A stretch of DNA of 64,000 nucleotides from the NCBI RefSeq assembly GCF_009914755.1, contig NC_060931.1. The stretch is one strand, 5' to 3'. This document shows positions 1 through 15,160 of the stretch, piece after piece. Positions within the stretch are counted from its first letter, which is position 1; every line of letters begins with the position of its first letter. The notes under the pieces are model-generated. The model worked only from the letters and a program-made list of their open reading frames with translations. It was not told the origin of the DNA and made no database searches. The translations under genes were made by a program, and so were the position numbers. The DNA comes from the human T2T-CHM13v2.0 reference genome, Homo sapiens.

Positions 1-144
1 TGCTCACTCTCCTGAAAGTCCTATTAATTTGCTTTTTTAAAAACAACAGCCAAGTATCTCAGTTGGAGAAGGCAAAGTCTTATTGGTCCTTATATTCTGT
101 GCTTGGATTAGTATCCACAGTAAACCACACACATTTTGTTCCTT

Positions 145-360
145 GCTTAACGTGAGCCAGGTGTTATACTTTAAAGACATAATCTCACTTAGTCCTCACA
201 AAAACTCAGTGAATACATACTATCATTAGCACCATTTTTACAGATGCCAAAACAAAAAATTGAGGTTAAATAATTGCACAAAATCTGGCAGCCATTAAAT
301 GACTGAGCTGGAATTTAAAAGCAGATGTGTCTAAATTCTGAGCTTACATTTGTAACCACT
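145..360 (-). mobile_element. MIR SINE relic
   Basis: Antisense MIR core: ATCTCACTTAGTCCTCACAAAAAC...CCATTTTTACAGATG...GAGGTTAAATAATTGCAC...GAGCTGGAATTTAAA. Confidence 0.75.
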
Positions 361-707
361 GTATATAATGTAGTATAATAACTTCCCCAATAATTGACAG
401 AGTACTTTACTCAGAGGCTTTACAAGGACAATAAAAGAATTAGTTGAGATAACACAACCCATGTTGTGAGAAGATTGTCTTTTTGATTCACAGTTCATGC
501 AAAGAAATAATATACAGCAGACTGTGAATAATACACAAACGAAATGAAATTTCATTCTTGAATGAATTATCTGTATCTCCTTTTAAGAAAAATTGGTAAA
601 GCATTTAACTGGTCATGGCTCAGGGAAATGTCTCTATTCTGTTTCTGTCTGAATTTTATTCTTTAAATATTCACTTTTTTTTTTTTTTTAGCATCCAGTG
701 GCCACCT

Positions 708-732
708 AGTTGTTGTTGTTGTTGTTGTTGTT
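708..732. repeat. (GTT)n microsatellite, with a poly-T run at about 675-689
   Basis: About 8 tandem GTT units read directly. Confidence 0.95.
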
Positions 733-1359
733 TTTTCCCCCTGTGCTTATGCTTGTGCCTTGCAGGGCTGCATTTCTGCTTGCTGTGAATTCTCAGTTCA
801 CAGCTGCAGTTGTTCAAACTTTAAATTTAAAATTCAGTCTATGTTTCTAGTAATTGCTGCTGGGAAACTGAAACAGGACTACTTGGTTTCAGAGTGAGGC
901 TGTTGCTTCATATTGGAAGAAAGGTTTCATTAGCTTGGAAAGCAAATCTCGGGATATCAAGAAAACAACAAAGGCTGTAAATTAATGCAGAACTCACCCT
1001 AAAAAGGGTCAATGATGAAAGAAGGGAGAAAGAAGAGACAGGAGTTTCAGTGGTCAAGGGAATATTTTCTTCATGATAACAGTGACCTGAATTGGACAGA
1101 AAGCAGAAGGGAGTGTGTCATTTTAAGAAGGTCAGTTTGACAGACCGCAATATTCCAGGTTTCTATTATTATATATAATTGACATTGTTAGCTAAGGGAT
1201 GGATTTTCACTATTTCCTTCTGTAGTACCTCAGTCCCTTTTAAGTAATTTTTTTTTTCCTGACTTCACCACCAGGATCGTGTGATGGTTTAGGAGGAGAT
1301 TTGGGGGATAGAGAGGTGATTCTGAAGATAAACCCACTTTGGCTGCCTCTGTGGTCTAA

Positions 1360-1842
<483 letters not shown>

Positions 1843-2664
1843 TGACAGACTTTTTAATGATTGTAGGGATAGAGAATGGTATACAAGTAAATATACTACT
1901 ACTGTTTTTGAACTGGCACAGTGATGAAGACTAAGCCAGTAATGCTATGAAACTTCAAGTATTAAATTTCTAAATATTTGGCATTAGGCACCAATCTAAG
2001 TTACAGTTTAATGCTTTTCATCACTTGTAACATTACCAAATCAGAGGAATGAAATAATATTTATCCAAATAAAAGATGTGTTAACTTCGCCAAAGTGAAT
2101 GCACATTTTTCTTTGATTTCCCCATAATACATCTTTCTTTTTCGGGGAAGACAGAGGTTGGGAATGGGAGGGAGGGAGATTATTGTGAATCTCAGATTAT
2201 ATTGATCAGAACCAAGTTTAGCTTGTTCTGGTATGTAAATTAGAGATTTGTAGTTAAGTGAAATTGATTTTGCTGAGACTAAATTAATCACAGTCCTTAA
2301 TCACTGTAACCTTTAAACATTGCAGTCTTGGCCACAGCTGCAGGGCAGAGCAGTGCTCCTCCGAGCTTTATGCTGTCATTTCATGAAAGGCTGAATGCCC
2401 GTGACTTGTGCAAACAAGAATTCCCATGTACAGGCTTCAGAGCTGGTTCCCTGCCCTGCAGGGGATCAGCTGGAGCATCTCCCACAGGGCCAAGAGGCTG
2501 CTGTGGCCTCTTCAACCCAAGAAGATGTTCTGCTCAGACACAAATATTTTCAGTCTTCCTCCAGACATCATCAAACTAGCCATCACTGCGAAATGCTCAC
2601 AGGAAAGTAGTTGTTAGAATTAAAATCAGAAACAACCAGTTATATTGTGATAGTTTTTTCTTTA

Positions 2665-2750
2665 ATTGTATATGTTTATGTATATTTATAAATATATTTA
2701 TATTTATAGATTTCTTTTATATATTTATATTATATTTATATATATATGTT
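2665..2750. repeat. AT-rich low-complexity (TA/TATTTA)n tract
   Basis: Degenerate TATATTTATA repeats. Confidence 0.85.
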
Positions 2751-3269
2751 TTACTGATCACATTTTGAACTATTTGGAAGGGTGATGTTGACAATTTTGA
2801 AAGATAGTGAGGCATGGAGAGGTTAATTGACTCTTCAGAACTAATCCTGAGAGCCTAGAAGGAGGGTCAAGAATAGAAACTGGGTTTGGTTTGGTTTTGA
2901 TGGTCATTTCAGTTCTTTGGTTTCCGTTTCATGAAGCATCCCAGAATCAAACCATCATTAAGCCTGCCATAGAAATGCAAATTACTTTCCCACTTTAGTT
3001 GGCATATTTGAAAATAGTTTTGTGTGATTTTTTTTAGCCCCTTTTGTAGTCTATTCATGAAGTTTATACATGTAGGACTCTTTTTTTTTTAACGCCTTTA
3101 ACTACCAATCCTCCATTTTTCCTTTAACTTTTCTATATTCGCTGACTTTTATGTTCAGTTGAAGGAATTCATACACATTCAGTATAATAAAGTGCAGCTG
3201 GATCAATCATTTAAAAAAATCAGTGAACATCTGTATTTCACAAAATCACACTTTATCAGGACTGAAGGG

Positions 3270-3430
3270 TATACCAGGATCTAACGATCAACTTCAACCA
3301 CTCAGTTTTGTAAATGAAGAAACCAAGAGTAGTTAGGTGAAATAGCTTTCTCAAGGTAATTTACTATAGCCATTCTGAGGCTGCACCCTAGCTAATTTGA
3401 TTCCTGTTTAACACTCTTCTCTATGACATT
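3270..3430 (-). mobile_element. MIR-family relic
   Basis: CTCAGTTTTGTAAATGAAGAAACC...AGGTGAAATAGCTTTCTCAAGGT core motif. Confidence 0.6.
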
Positions 3431-3622
3431 GACTGTTTTCTCTGTAAAAGAGATCCCGGTTATACAACTATTTCACAATCCGATTCCTTATAAAAAAGCA
3501 AGTAGTGCTCAATAAATTTGACTTAAGTTGTACTTTATAAGCTAATGTAAAAGGAGATTTACCATAATCTGCCGTGGTGAGTTGCTTATAGTAGGAGAAA
3601 GAATATCTTAAAACTTACTTTA

Positions 3623-4319
3623 CAAAAAATAACAGATGCTGGTGAGGTTGCTGAGAAAAAGGAATGCTTATACAATGTTGGTAGGAATGTAAATTAATTC
3701 AACCATTGTGAAAGACAGTATGTCAATTTTTCAAAGACCTAAAAACAGAAATAACAGTCAACTCAGCAGTTCCATTACTGGGTATATACCCAAAGGAATA
3801 TAAATTGTTCTATCATAAAGATACATGTCTGTGTATGTTCATTGCAGTACTACTCACAGTATCAAAGGCATGGAATCAACCTAAATGCCCATCAATGGTA
3901 GACTGGATAAATAAAATGTCATACATATATACCATGGAATACTCTGCAGCCACAAAAAAGAATGAGGTCATGTCCTTTGCAGGAACATGGATAGGAGCTG
4001 TAGGCTATTATCCTTAGCCAATTAATGCAGGAACAGAAAACCAAATACTGCATGTTCCCACTTTTAAGTGGAAACTAAATGATGAGAACACATGGTTACA
4101 TAGAGGGGAACAATACACACTGGGGCCTTTTGGAGGGTGGAAGGTGGGAGGATGAAGAGGTTCTGGAAAAATAACTAATGGGTACTAGGCTTAATACCTG
4201 GGTGATGAAATAATCTATACAACAAACCCCCATGACACAAGTTTACCTATGTAAGAGACCTCCACATAGACCCCTGAACTTAAAAGCTAAATTAAAAAAC
4301 AAAAACAAAAAACCAAAAT
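3623..4319 (+). mobile_element. 5'-truncated L1PA (older L1PA10-16 type): ORF2 end, 3'UTR and A-tail
   Basis: AACAGATGCTGGTGAGG...CCATTACTGGGTATATACCCAAAGGAATATAAA...GGCTTAATACCTGGGTGATGAAATAATC; TSD ACTTACTTTA at 3613-3622 and 4320-4329. Confidence 0.95.
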
Positions 4320-4434
4320 ACTTACTTTAAAAACAATTTCTGTGGTTGTCCTTCTCTTTTTTATTGTATATTGGTTTGTGTAGGTCCATTTAATTTGTTT
4401 ACTTTTCGTAGTAGGAATACAATTGTCAGTGACA

Positions 4435-4655
4435 TCTAGTAGATTGAACATAGGCTCTGAAGCTGAAGCCTCAGGTCCATCTTTGGCCCTGACACTAGCC
4501 CTGTTACCTTTGTCATTTTACTTAACAGCTCTCTGCCCTAAACCATAACACCTACCCCATAGAGTTGTTGAGACAGTTAAATAAGTTAATGAAAAGTCAG
4601 GCTCTTAGAATAGTGCTGGGCATATATGAATGTTCATTGGATATTATCTAATATT
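4435..4655 (+). mobile_element. MIR SINE relic
   Basis: GGCTCTGAAGCTG...TTACTTAAC..CTCTCTGCC...CCTACCCCATAGAGTTGTTGAG...CTTAGAATAGTGCTGGGCATA. Confidence 0.75.
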
Positions 4656-5527
4656 GTGGTCATTATCAGTTGATTTCTTCTTAATTTAAAAAATTTTCGT
4701 ATGTGATTTCATGTGGTTTTAGGGAATGATAAATGTAATTTAGACTTTTTATTCCATTGGGTCTGTTACAGCTTTTTTCTCAATGAAACTGATTTGGTTA
4801 CCTCAGTTCTAATGCTGGCTTTGCCTCTGCTTTTTGATCACATTTAGAATACAGCACTCAGTTCTGGGTATGTCCAAGATAGATAGGGGAGAAAGGTAAA
4901 AGAGAATATTAATGCAACTTGATTGTGCAGCTGTTCTTTCCACAAATATTTATTGAATGACTGCTGTTTGTCACATGTTGATGCATAGGGACACGGTGCA
5001 CACCTGAGATTCCATTCCTGTAGACAGGACATTTGCCTGCTTCCTGGCACTTATACCTCTCCCCAAATTGACACCAAGCATTATTTTAGAAAGGCATTTA
5101 GTAGAATGCAATATCAGCAAATGAAAATTGTAGAGTTGTATCTTGAAGAAACTTGACCCCACCCCCCACTCTCACCTGCATCCCCACATAGAGCCAGGAC
5201 ATCTCTTAAGACCCACCTTCCTGGGTTTGCTCATAGTTGGCACTTAAAACATTCTATTGCAGTTACCTATTTTTGATGGACTCTGCAAGAGAGAGACTGT
5301 CAGTTCACAAGGGCACTGATGTTTGGTTCTTCATTTTATTTACAGTATGCTATACAAAGGGATAGGTTTTTGTTGTTTTGAATATATCTTGAGTACTCCT
5401 TTGGAAGGATAGAGTCCAAAGGCATCTTACCTGAGCCAGAATTCATAGGGGTGGTTCCCTACCGTTTCTTCTTTCCTGTACACACTCACCACCCTCAAAT
5501 TTCCGCTCAGTAGAGGATGCTTTAGGA

Positions 5528-5841
<314 letters not shown>

Positions 5842-5847
5842 TAGAAA

Positions 5848-6174
<327 letters not shown>

Positions 6175-7194
6175 TAAGCTCTTCCATTTGAACTTTCTTT
6201 TAATTATCTGGATTTTAACTTTATCAGAATTAGTCTGCCGGTAATCCTGTTTTTAGCTAGAAGGTTAGGCTTTGAGAAGTGTGAAGCTGGATGGGAGGGA
6301 AGGAGGCCAGCAAAGGGAAAGGGACTAGCTGGGTTGAAGAGGCCCCATCTGCTATTCCAGATGGGGCATCCTGAATTCATCACTCCTAAAACTTTGCTCT
6401 ATGTGTTTTCTAGGCTGCAGCATCCAGACAGCAGCACACCCTTCACATGTTCACTGTAGTAAAATAACGTGGAAAGGGTAGAGGTATCTGGCAGATAAGA
6501 GAGGTTATTTCGTAAGGCTGTGATGCCCAGCACATAGGTCTGTACATCACCTCCTTCCTGCTGCTCCTCAATCTGCCTTTCTTTGGTCACTGCCCCCTGC
6601 TAGTATTTAATTCTGTTGAATTTGTTCAAATTGACTTGTTTAAGAAGGTTACCCAAATCTGCATACAGCCTTCAGCATTGCTTTGAATCTCCTTTAGGAA
6701 AGGAAATGTAGATTCAAATACACAGGTTTATCTCTCTGACCTTTAGCTAATTATTAGATTGAGATAAATGTGTGTAAGTGACAAATTGCCTTTAATGACA
6801 TTTAATCTGCATCCTGACATTAATGTCTGGTTTAGTGTCCCAGTTCCATAGAGGCAAAGAGCATGGACTTTTGTCTTAATTTGACCTATTTAAAAGGTGT
6901 TTGTGGTGAGAGTCAACCTGTGATTAACTTAATAGCATGTTTTACATGAAAAGCAATCAAATATTGATGTAAGAAGAGGCTACTAGATGACATATTTTCC
7001 AGTCTGTCATAATTGGCAAAAACATCAGAGAAAGGAGAGAGTTGTTAGTAACTAAAACTGAATGAAAGCCTCATAGCTGCCCCAAATCCAATACTGGTGA
7101 GCACATTGATAGTATCTGAAGAAAGGAGGCTCTTCTTGTTGTTTATTGTCACAGAGGCCATTCACTGAACTTTGGTGGGTGTTAGACTAATAGA

Positions 7195-7491
7195 TTTTTT
7201 TTTTTTTTTGAGACAGAGTCTTGCTCTGTTGCCCAAGCTGGAGTGCTGTGGTGCGATCTTGCCTCACTGCAACCTGTCCCTCTTGGGTTCAAGCCATTCT
7301 CCTGCCTTAGCCCCCAAGTAGCTGGGATTAACAGGTGCACACCACCATGCCAGGCTAATTTTTGTATTTTTAGTAGAGAAAGGGTTTTACCATGTTGGCC
7401 AGGCTGGTCTCAAACTCCTGGTTTCAAGCAGTCTGCCCCCATTGGCCTTCCAGAGTGCAGGGATTACAGACATGAGCCACTGCACCTGGCC
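7195..7491 (-). mobile_element. Alu (older S/Jb type)
   Basis: Full dimer; TSD TA(G/A)ACTAATAGATTTT at 7183-7198 and 7492-7507. Confidence 0.95.
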
Positions 7492-7729
7492 TAAACTAAT
7501 AGATTTTCACACCTTTTTGATTCACTAAAGGACATCATAGGGGCTTATTAAATAAGTGAGCTATTTTTAGGGAGTGAGAGGTCTGGGAAGTGGCATTCTT
7601 GGTGGATTTGTTGTGTGCTAGTCAGGTGCTAGGTGCTTTGCTTTTTGCATTCTCATTTAACTCCTAACTACAAAAACATTTGTACAGGCAACCCTCTAAC
7701 TCGTGATACCATCTTTTTGAATTAAATTA

Positions 7730-8015
7730 ATTTTTTTTTTTAAATAAGGTCTTGCTTTCTCGCCCAGGCCGGAGTGCAGTGGCATGATCACAGCTCACTG
7801 TAACCTCAAACTTCTGGGGTCAGGCAGTCTTCTTGCTTTAGTCTCTAGAATAGCTGGAACTACAGGCACACGCCACCATACCTGGCTAAATTTTTTGTAG
7901 AGACGGGGTCTTGCTGTGTTGCCTAGGCTTGTCTCAAACTCCTGGCCTCAAGTGATCTTTCTGCCTCAGCCTCCCAAAGTGTTGGAATTACATGTGTGAG
8001 CCACTGTGCCCAGCC
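7730..8015 (-). mobile_element. AluJ
   Basis: GATCACAGCTCACTGTAACCTCAAAC; GTCTTGCTGTGTTGCCTAGGCT. Confidence 0.93.
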
Positions 8016-8324
8016 TCTAATTGGTGACTTCTCAATTAACTTTGACATAAGTGTGTGTTTTATAAGATCATTATCACCGATAATAAATGCAGCTTAATTT
8101 CTAATCAATTGGCCAAACAGGGAAATTTGAGTTGAGTGAGATCATTAACAACTTTCTTTAGCGCTTTAAGAGCTAAGTGATAGCTTTTCCAGTTCTTTAA
8201 ACATTACAAACTGCCGTTCCTGGTGAATGTCATTTTCTCAAATTCATTTTCAGAGACTGGAATGGGTCTGTGCTACTCTATATAATTTTGTGCTGAGCGG
8301 ATGGTATATTGATGGGAGGAAGTA

Positions 8325-8495
8325 GGAGAGTAGTGATGGAAGGGCACAGGCATTGGAGTCTGTCTCCCAGGTGACTCTGTAAGTTTTTCAACTTTCCTAT
8401 GCCTTGATTTCCTCATCTGTAAAGTGAGGATAATGAGTTAATGAATGTAAAGCACTTAGAAGGGTGCCTGTAGTAAGGACTTACAACTGTTTTAT
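8325..8495 (+). mobile_element. MIR SINE relic
   Basis: GCCTTGATTTCCTCATCTGTAAAGTGAGGATAAT...ATGTAAAGCACTTAGAA. Confidence 0.8.
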
Positions 8496-9468
8496 TTATT
8501 GTTTTTGGAGTTTGGTTGGAGGATTCAAAGCAACATTCATTAAACTAAACACTCACTAAATTCACTAAAATGGTTTCCAAGTGAAATAATAAATATAGCA
8601 AAGGAGTCTCTCCTCTGCTATGGAGTAGCTGAGTTGAGTGCATCTGGGTGTCCATTCTGCTGCAAATCCAGGCCAAGCAAATACAGTTTCTGTGCAATTA
8701 AATGGTTGTTGACTGGCAAAGAAAAAAAATGTAAACCATAGTTTTTCCTTCTACCCTGTAATCTGTGGTGTCTTTATGCATTACCTTAAGAGCAACTTCA
8801 GTGACTTGATTAGAGGGAGGTTTATAAACTGCTTGGAGGCAAAGCACCGAACTCTTGACTGGCACACAGCAGGTCCACAAGGAAAGCCACTTCCCAGGGT
8901 AAGAAAGCACACACAAATTATTCAGGGACAAATGTAATGGTTACAAGGGTGTCATAGAAACAGATCAGAATACTTTTATACTACTGCCTGGCTTCTTGTT
9001 CCCCCATTCCCCATTATAATTCTGGATTCTTAAGTTTATTTTAATGACAAACATTTTTGCCTGTCTTTAAGTAAAAGAACAGAAAAGAAGTTACTTAAAA
9101 TGCAGTCCTAATTATGTCCTAATGCAATTTTGATGCAGCAATATGCTTTCAAACAAGCAGGTACTGGGTGGCAGATTGACACAAGTATTTAGTGAATTGA
9201 GAACAACATGTGTTACATGAAATTATAATCAAATTACAAACAATGGAATGGATTGTTGCTTTTAAAATCCTCTGAATGTTGGTTAACTTCATAGGGCAGT
9301 GCTGTGACTATTTCCATTAATTACGGAGTAGTTATACTGGGACTTGACCAAGCTCTTTTAATAGTTCCATCTGATTTATGTTTTTCTCTTCTCTATTTTT
9401 CTTTTCTGTCTCTTTATTTCTTTTTGTCACTATTTTTGTTGACCTGTATGTGTGTTTTTTTCTCTTTC

Positions 9469-9873
9469 TGTATCAGTTCAAGTTCTCCAGAGAAATAAAA
9501 CCAATAGGAGGAGTGTGTGTGTATAAATCTAAAGAGATTTATTTTAAGGAATTGGCTTACTTGATTGTGGGGGGCTGGCGAGTCTGAAATCTGTAGGGCA
9601 AGCAGTAGGTTGGAAATTTGGCAAGAGTTATTGCAGTCTTGAGGCAAAATCTCTTCTTTGTGATACCTTATTTTTGCTCTGAAGGCCTTCAGTTGAATGG
9701 ATAAGACCCACCCACATTATAGAGGATAACCTCCTTTACTTGAAGTTAACTGATTGTAGAAGTTAACCACATCTAGAAAATACCTTTATGGAAACATCTA
9801 AATTCATGTTTGATTAATTAACTGGCTGCCTGCTATTGCCTTGCCAAGTTGATGCATAAAATTAATCATAACA
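9469..9873 (-). mobile_element. Solo LTR, MLT2 (ERVL; MLT2D-like)
   Basis: TG...CA termini; GTTCTCCAGAGAAATAAAACCAATAGGA, GATTTATTTTAAGGAATTGGCT, CCAAGTTGATGCATAAAATTAATCATAACA. Confidence 0.85.
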
Positions 9874-9984
9874 TTGTCTCATTCCTTTTTCCCTCACTGT
9901 GTGTTTCTGTCTCTCATCTCACATGCACACAAATGAGGTTATGGGACAGCATTAGTGTTAATGAATTTCAGGTAACAGGATAAT

Positions 9985-10200
9985 GATCATTATAGCATCT
10001 ACCAGTAATTGGATACCTATTATGTGCTGAGTCTTGTATTTGATGCTTTGTATTTCTGATCTCATGTAATCCTCTTGACAATTCCATGGATTGGACAGAA
10101 TTAATTTTATTTTATGGGTGAGGAAACTGAGGCTTAAAGAGCTGCTAGCTTTTATTTAGCCATGTAGAGCTCAAGGTTCAAACTCTAATCTGCCTTTCCT
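9985..10200 (-). mobile_element. MIR SINE relic
   Basis: ATCTCATGTAATCCTC...TTTTATGGGTGAGGAAACTGAGGCTTAAAGAG. Confidence 0.75.
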
Positions 10201-10309
10201 GCAGATATACTCTCTTCTGTATCTGCTTGTTTCTCTAATATTCCCCCATCACTGTCATCACTGGCTATTTTTCAGTGTTTCACTTGGATGAAAAACATAT
10301 CTACATACT

Positions 10310-11400
<1,091 letters not shown>

Positions 11401-11777
11401 GGCATGGAACGATTTGAATGTTTGTGGATGGTGCTTGCCTCATACCTTGCCAACTCAAATTTTGGGCAGATCAGCTTCTGTGAGTTTTGTCTCGACAAGT
11501 TGGGAAAGTTTCCTAACTTTAGATGACTGTGTGAATCTTTGAGGAGCTTGATAGTTAGCAGGTGAGGGCTGCTATTTTGAAGGAAATAGACATTAATATA
11601 TTCTTCTTTAATATATCTGAATGGGTATACATATGTGCTCCTTTGTTTCTTGTAAATGGGCAGTACAGGAGGGAGAAACTGAAGGAGAGGACTTGGTCAG
11701 GAGATAAACCCCCACAGATGCCAAGATGTTGGCTTGTTGAAGCTTATTCGTGGTTAGTTTTACTGTGATACTATGTG

Positions 11778-12087
11778 CAGATGGTTCCTAAGTTATAATG
11801 GTTTGACTTATGATTTTTTAGTTTTATGATAGTTTTGGTGCAAAATCATTTTTTTTTTTACGTTTAGTACAGTATCCAATAAAGTGTGACATATTCAGTA
11901 CTTTATTATAAAATAGGCTTTATGTTAGATTATTTTGCCCATCTGTAGGCTAATGTAAGTGTTCTGAGCCCATTTAAGGTATGCTCGGCTAAGGTCAGGT
12001 GTATCAGATGCTTTTTTGACTTTTGATATTTTCAACTAACAATGGGCTTATTGGGATATAACCCCATGATAAGTCTAGGAGCATCTG
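11778..12087. mobile_element. Tigger-family MITE (MER47A-like)
   Basis: TIRs CAGATGGTTCCTAAGTTATAATGG / CCATGATAAGTCTAGGAGCATCTG followed by TA. Confidence 0.85.
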
Positions 12088-12339
12088 TATTTGTCTGTGA
12101 ATTACTTAGGGACTCTTTTGATGTCTTCGTTTTGGAAACTCTCTGTTGTTGGTTTTTGTTATTTTAGCCTTGTCGGGTTTTCCTCATACTGGTCTAACTG
12201 CTAGTATCTTTTATTGGCCCCTCTTTCTTGGATATCCTTTACATGTTTATATTTGTTAGTGTTTCTTCCTTGACTTGTCTCACTTCTCGTGTTTCCTTGG
12301 GTTTGCCTCCATTACTAAGTCTTCATCCAGCCCCTATGT

Positions 12340-12408
12340 CATTGGTTCTCAAAGTGTGGTCCCCAGACCAGCAGCAGCAGCATCACCTGGGAACTTGCTG
12401 GAAATGCC
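12340..12408 (+). mobile_element. MER5A (hAT-Charlie) terminal fragment
   Basis: TGGTTCTCAAAGTGTGGTCCCCAGACCAGCAGCA...CATCACCTGGGAACTTGCTGGAAATGC. Confidence 0.9.
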
Positions 12409-13889
12409 TGAACTAAACTTAAGACACTATATAAAACAGGAAAAGGCATTTTACATTTTGATACACATTGTCAAAAACATTGTACTGGTTTCATGGTATG
12501 CATTATAAGGCATAAAGTAGATCAAGCCTATGTTCCTAATGCATACATTTCTATTGACCTCAGAGAGTGAACTATCATATAATAGAAATAGGATTATCAT
12601 TAGTTTAATGAATGAGAAAGACTCTTCATGTTTGTTCTTTACCTAATCTATGCAGTTTAAACCTAGATCGACCTCAGGGAAATATGGGAAATTGTGTTCT
12701 CTTCTGGCTTGTTTAAGTACAAGGAACTCAGACCCACTCTAATTTGCTTTAAGTGTTTTTTTTGTTTGTTTTGAACAGTAAGAAACTATTTAGGGTGGAG
12801 AACTTTATTTCAGTAAGGCCTCATGTGAAGTGGAATTAAGACAGTCATAATGTCCTTTTGTGGCTTGATCTTGATGAGGTGATAGGCTTCTGCACACATT
12901 CATCAACTGTTCATATTCTTTCCCGCTCTGTCCGCCCCCCCCACCCTCATCTTGCTTGCACACACGTGCATACTTTTGCATGCTCTCTGACTCTCTCTCT
13001 TCTTCCCTCTCCTTCCTGCCAACACAGCTGTATTCATCTTCATTTCTTTTTCACCTGGCTTCCTCCCTCTCTGCTCTGTGTCTTTTCAGGTCCCTCCCAA
13101 GTTTAGTTCACGCATTACTCATTCTATGAACCTCTTAAACTTCGTGCATTCTATCTTTTATCCCTATTACTATGTCACCCTGGCAGTTTCATAATGCAGA
13201 TTTCTGAGTAGGAGTCCCAGTGGGACAGAACCTGGCCACTTGATGGCAGGTCCAGTGTCCTGGTCGATTCCCTTAGAAAGTGCTGTGCAGAGGACTGTTA
13301 CTTTTTCTTATAGATCATTCTATGTTTTAAGTATTAAATGAAGCCTCAGCTCCAGCATAGCGTTTCTGACAGGCTGACTCACTTCACATTTAATGATTGT
13401 ATCCAGCATCTTGTCTCTACTCTCCAGCAATGCAGCTCCTTCTTCTGGTGTCGTCACTTCTATGGACATATCCTGTGGATGTTCCCATCCACCTGAGCCC
13501 AAAACCTCTGTGCTTGTTTGTTCCTCCTCCTCCTTAGCCCTCACATCTCTTCAATATTTTTCTCTCTCTTTACTATTACTTAATGCTACTGCCATATTGC
13601 TTCTTGACTAGATTTTAATAATCTTCTGATTTCAATCTGTTACTTTGTCTCAGTCAGAATAACCTACTTCCCCTTTCACATGAAATACTTATCTACCCTG
13701 AGGAATATCCCTCAAGGCTCTCTATTGCCTGCGAATTGAGAATAGACTCCTCTGCTGAAGATTCACGGTCTTCAGCAGTATGCCCCCTACTTGGTTCTTT
13801 TACTCCAAACACTGTACTCTAGCTACATAGGACTACTGAGTAATACTCCTCAAAGGCTCCCTCTCTTGGGTACTTGTAAAGTGCCCTTT

Positions 13890-14110
13890 AGCTGTGTAGC
13901 AGAGAATAGGACAGGAGTGCACACTCTGGGGCTAGACTGACGGGCTGGAATCTCAGCCCAGCTTGAAAACTTTGAGCATTTGTTATTTTATCTTTCTGTG
14001 CCTCATTTTTCTCAACTGTAAAATGGAAACAGTGATAGTATCTGCCTTGTGGGTTGTTTTAAGAGTTAAATATGGAGCACTCAGAGCAGTGCCAGACACA
14101 CAGCAAATCC
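13890..14110 (+). mobile_element. MIR SINE relic
   Basis: TCTGTGCCTCATTTTTCTCAACTGTAAAATGGAAACAGTGATAGTATCTGCCTTGTGGGTTGTT. Confidence 0.85.
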
Positions 14111-14597
14111 TCAGGTCTTTCCAGGGATACTTTTTTTTTTTTTTTTTTTTAATATTCTCCATTAGACGTGATGTTTCTGTCTCTGCGATGTGGTAATTTT
14201 TTCTGTTTTTTATTTTTAAGGGTACCTATCACAGTCTGCTTCCCCCTTTTCAGATTATTTGTGGATTTCAGATGTTCACCTGTTTTTCTTTGAGCTCCTT
14301 GAGTATGGAGATGGTATTTTATTGAAACTTATATTATGACATACGGAGCTCAATAAACATTTGTTGAATTGGATTATATCCAAAAGATGCTTCTGCTAAA
14401 ATACTGTAGTAACTTCCATCTGTCCCATGAATGTTCGTGTTCTGAGACAATAATGTAATTCTTAAAACTAGGTTTTAAACCTTAAAAGTGAAAGAAAGTG
14501 AATACTTTGCGGTTGTCATATAGATGTACTGCTACTCAAGTATAGTAAGTATATTGGTGAAATATTTAGAAAAAAACAACTAGTTGTGAATCTGAAT

Positions 14598-14779
14598 CAG
14601 AGATCAGCAAACTTTTTGCTACAGAGGGAAAAATATTAAATATGTTCAACTTTGCTGGTCATATTATCTGTGTTGGATCTGTTTACCACAGCAATCGTAA
14701 TATGAAAAATATGTAAATGGTTGAGTTCCAGTAAAACTTTATTTACAAAAACAGGTGGACTATAATTTACCAACCTCTG
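14598..14779 (+). mobile_element. MER58A-like hAT MITE
   Basis: TIRs CAGAGATCAGCAAACT / ATTTACCAACCTCTG; internal GTTCCAGTAAAACTTTATTTACAAAAACAGG. Confidence 0.8.
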
Positions 14780-14829
14780 GCCTGTGTCATTACTGTGCAA
14801 ACCACACATCATTTTAGAAGCTGTTTGTT

Positions 14830-15160
14830 GCAAAAGCTCCAGGTGCTGCCACATCCAAAGATACACACCTGCATGTCTTCTCATTAGGTATAAGGAAACC
14901 TTTCCAGAAAATCTCAGCAGATTACTCACAAGTTCAGTGGCCCAAAGTTGTATCACATTCTCACACTTCAAACCAGTTACTGATGATGGAATGAGACTAC
15001 CATGATTGGCCCAAATACACCAGGAATCACAGGTGTTGTTGTGGATAAGGCCTCCCTATCTGCATCACGTGACCATGTTGATGAGGGCATTTCCTTGTGA
15101 AGTGAAAACCATTGAATTGTACAATGAATGTGATACAGCATGGGCTGCCACAGTCCAGTT
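14830..15160 (-). mobile_element. Old MaLR LTR relic (MLT1K-like)
   Basis: AAGGAAACCTTTCCAGAA...CAGCAGA...AAACCAGTTACTG...GACTACCATGATTGGC. Confidence 0.6.

Larger units (their letters stand above)
12100..14370 (+). mobile_element. Fragmented L2 LINE (pieces at about 12100-12330, 13400-13840 and 14270-14370)
   Basis: L2-like TTGGAAACTCTCT...GGTTTTCCTCATAC; 3' end TGAGCTCCTTGAG...GCTCAATAAACATTTGTTGAAT. Confidence 0.55.

Noticed and set aside
3805-4017. ORF resembling the L1 ORF2 C-terminus
   Set aside because: Part of a dead, 5'-truncated L1PA; not a host gene.
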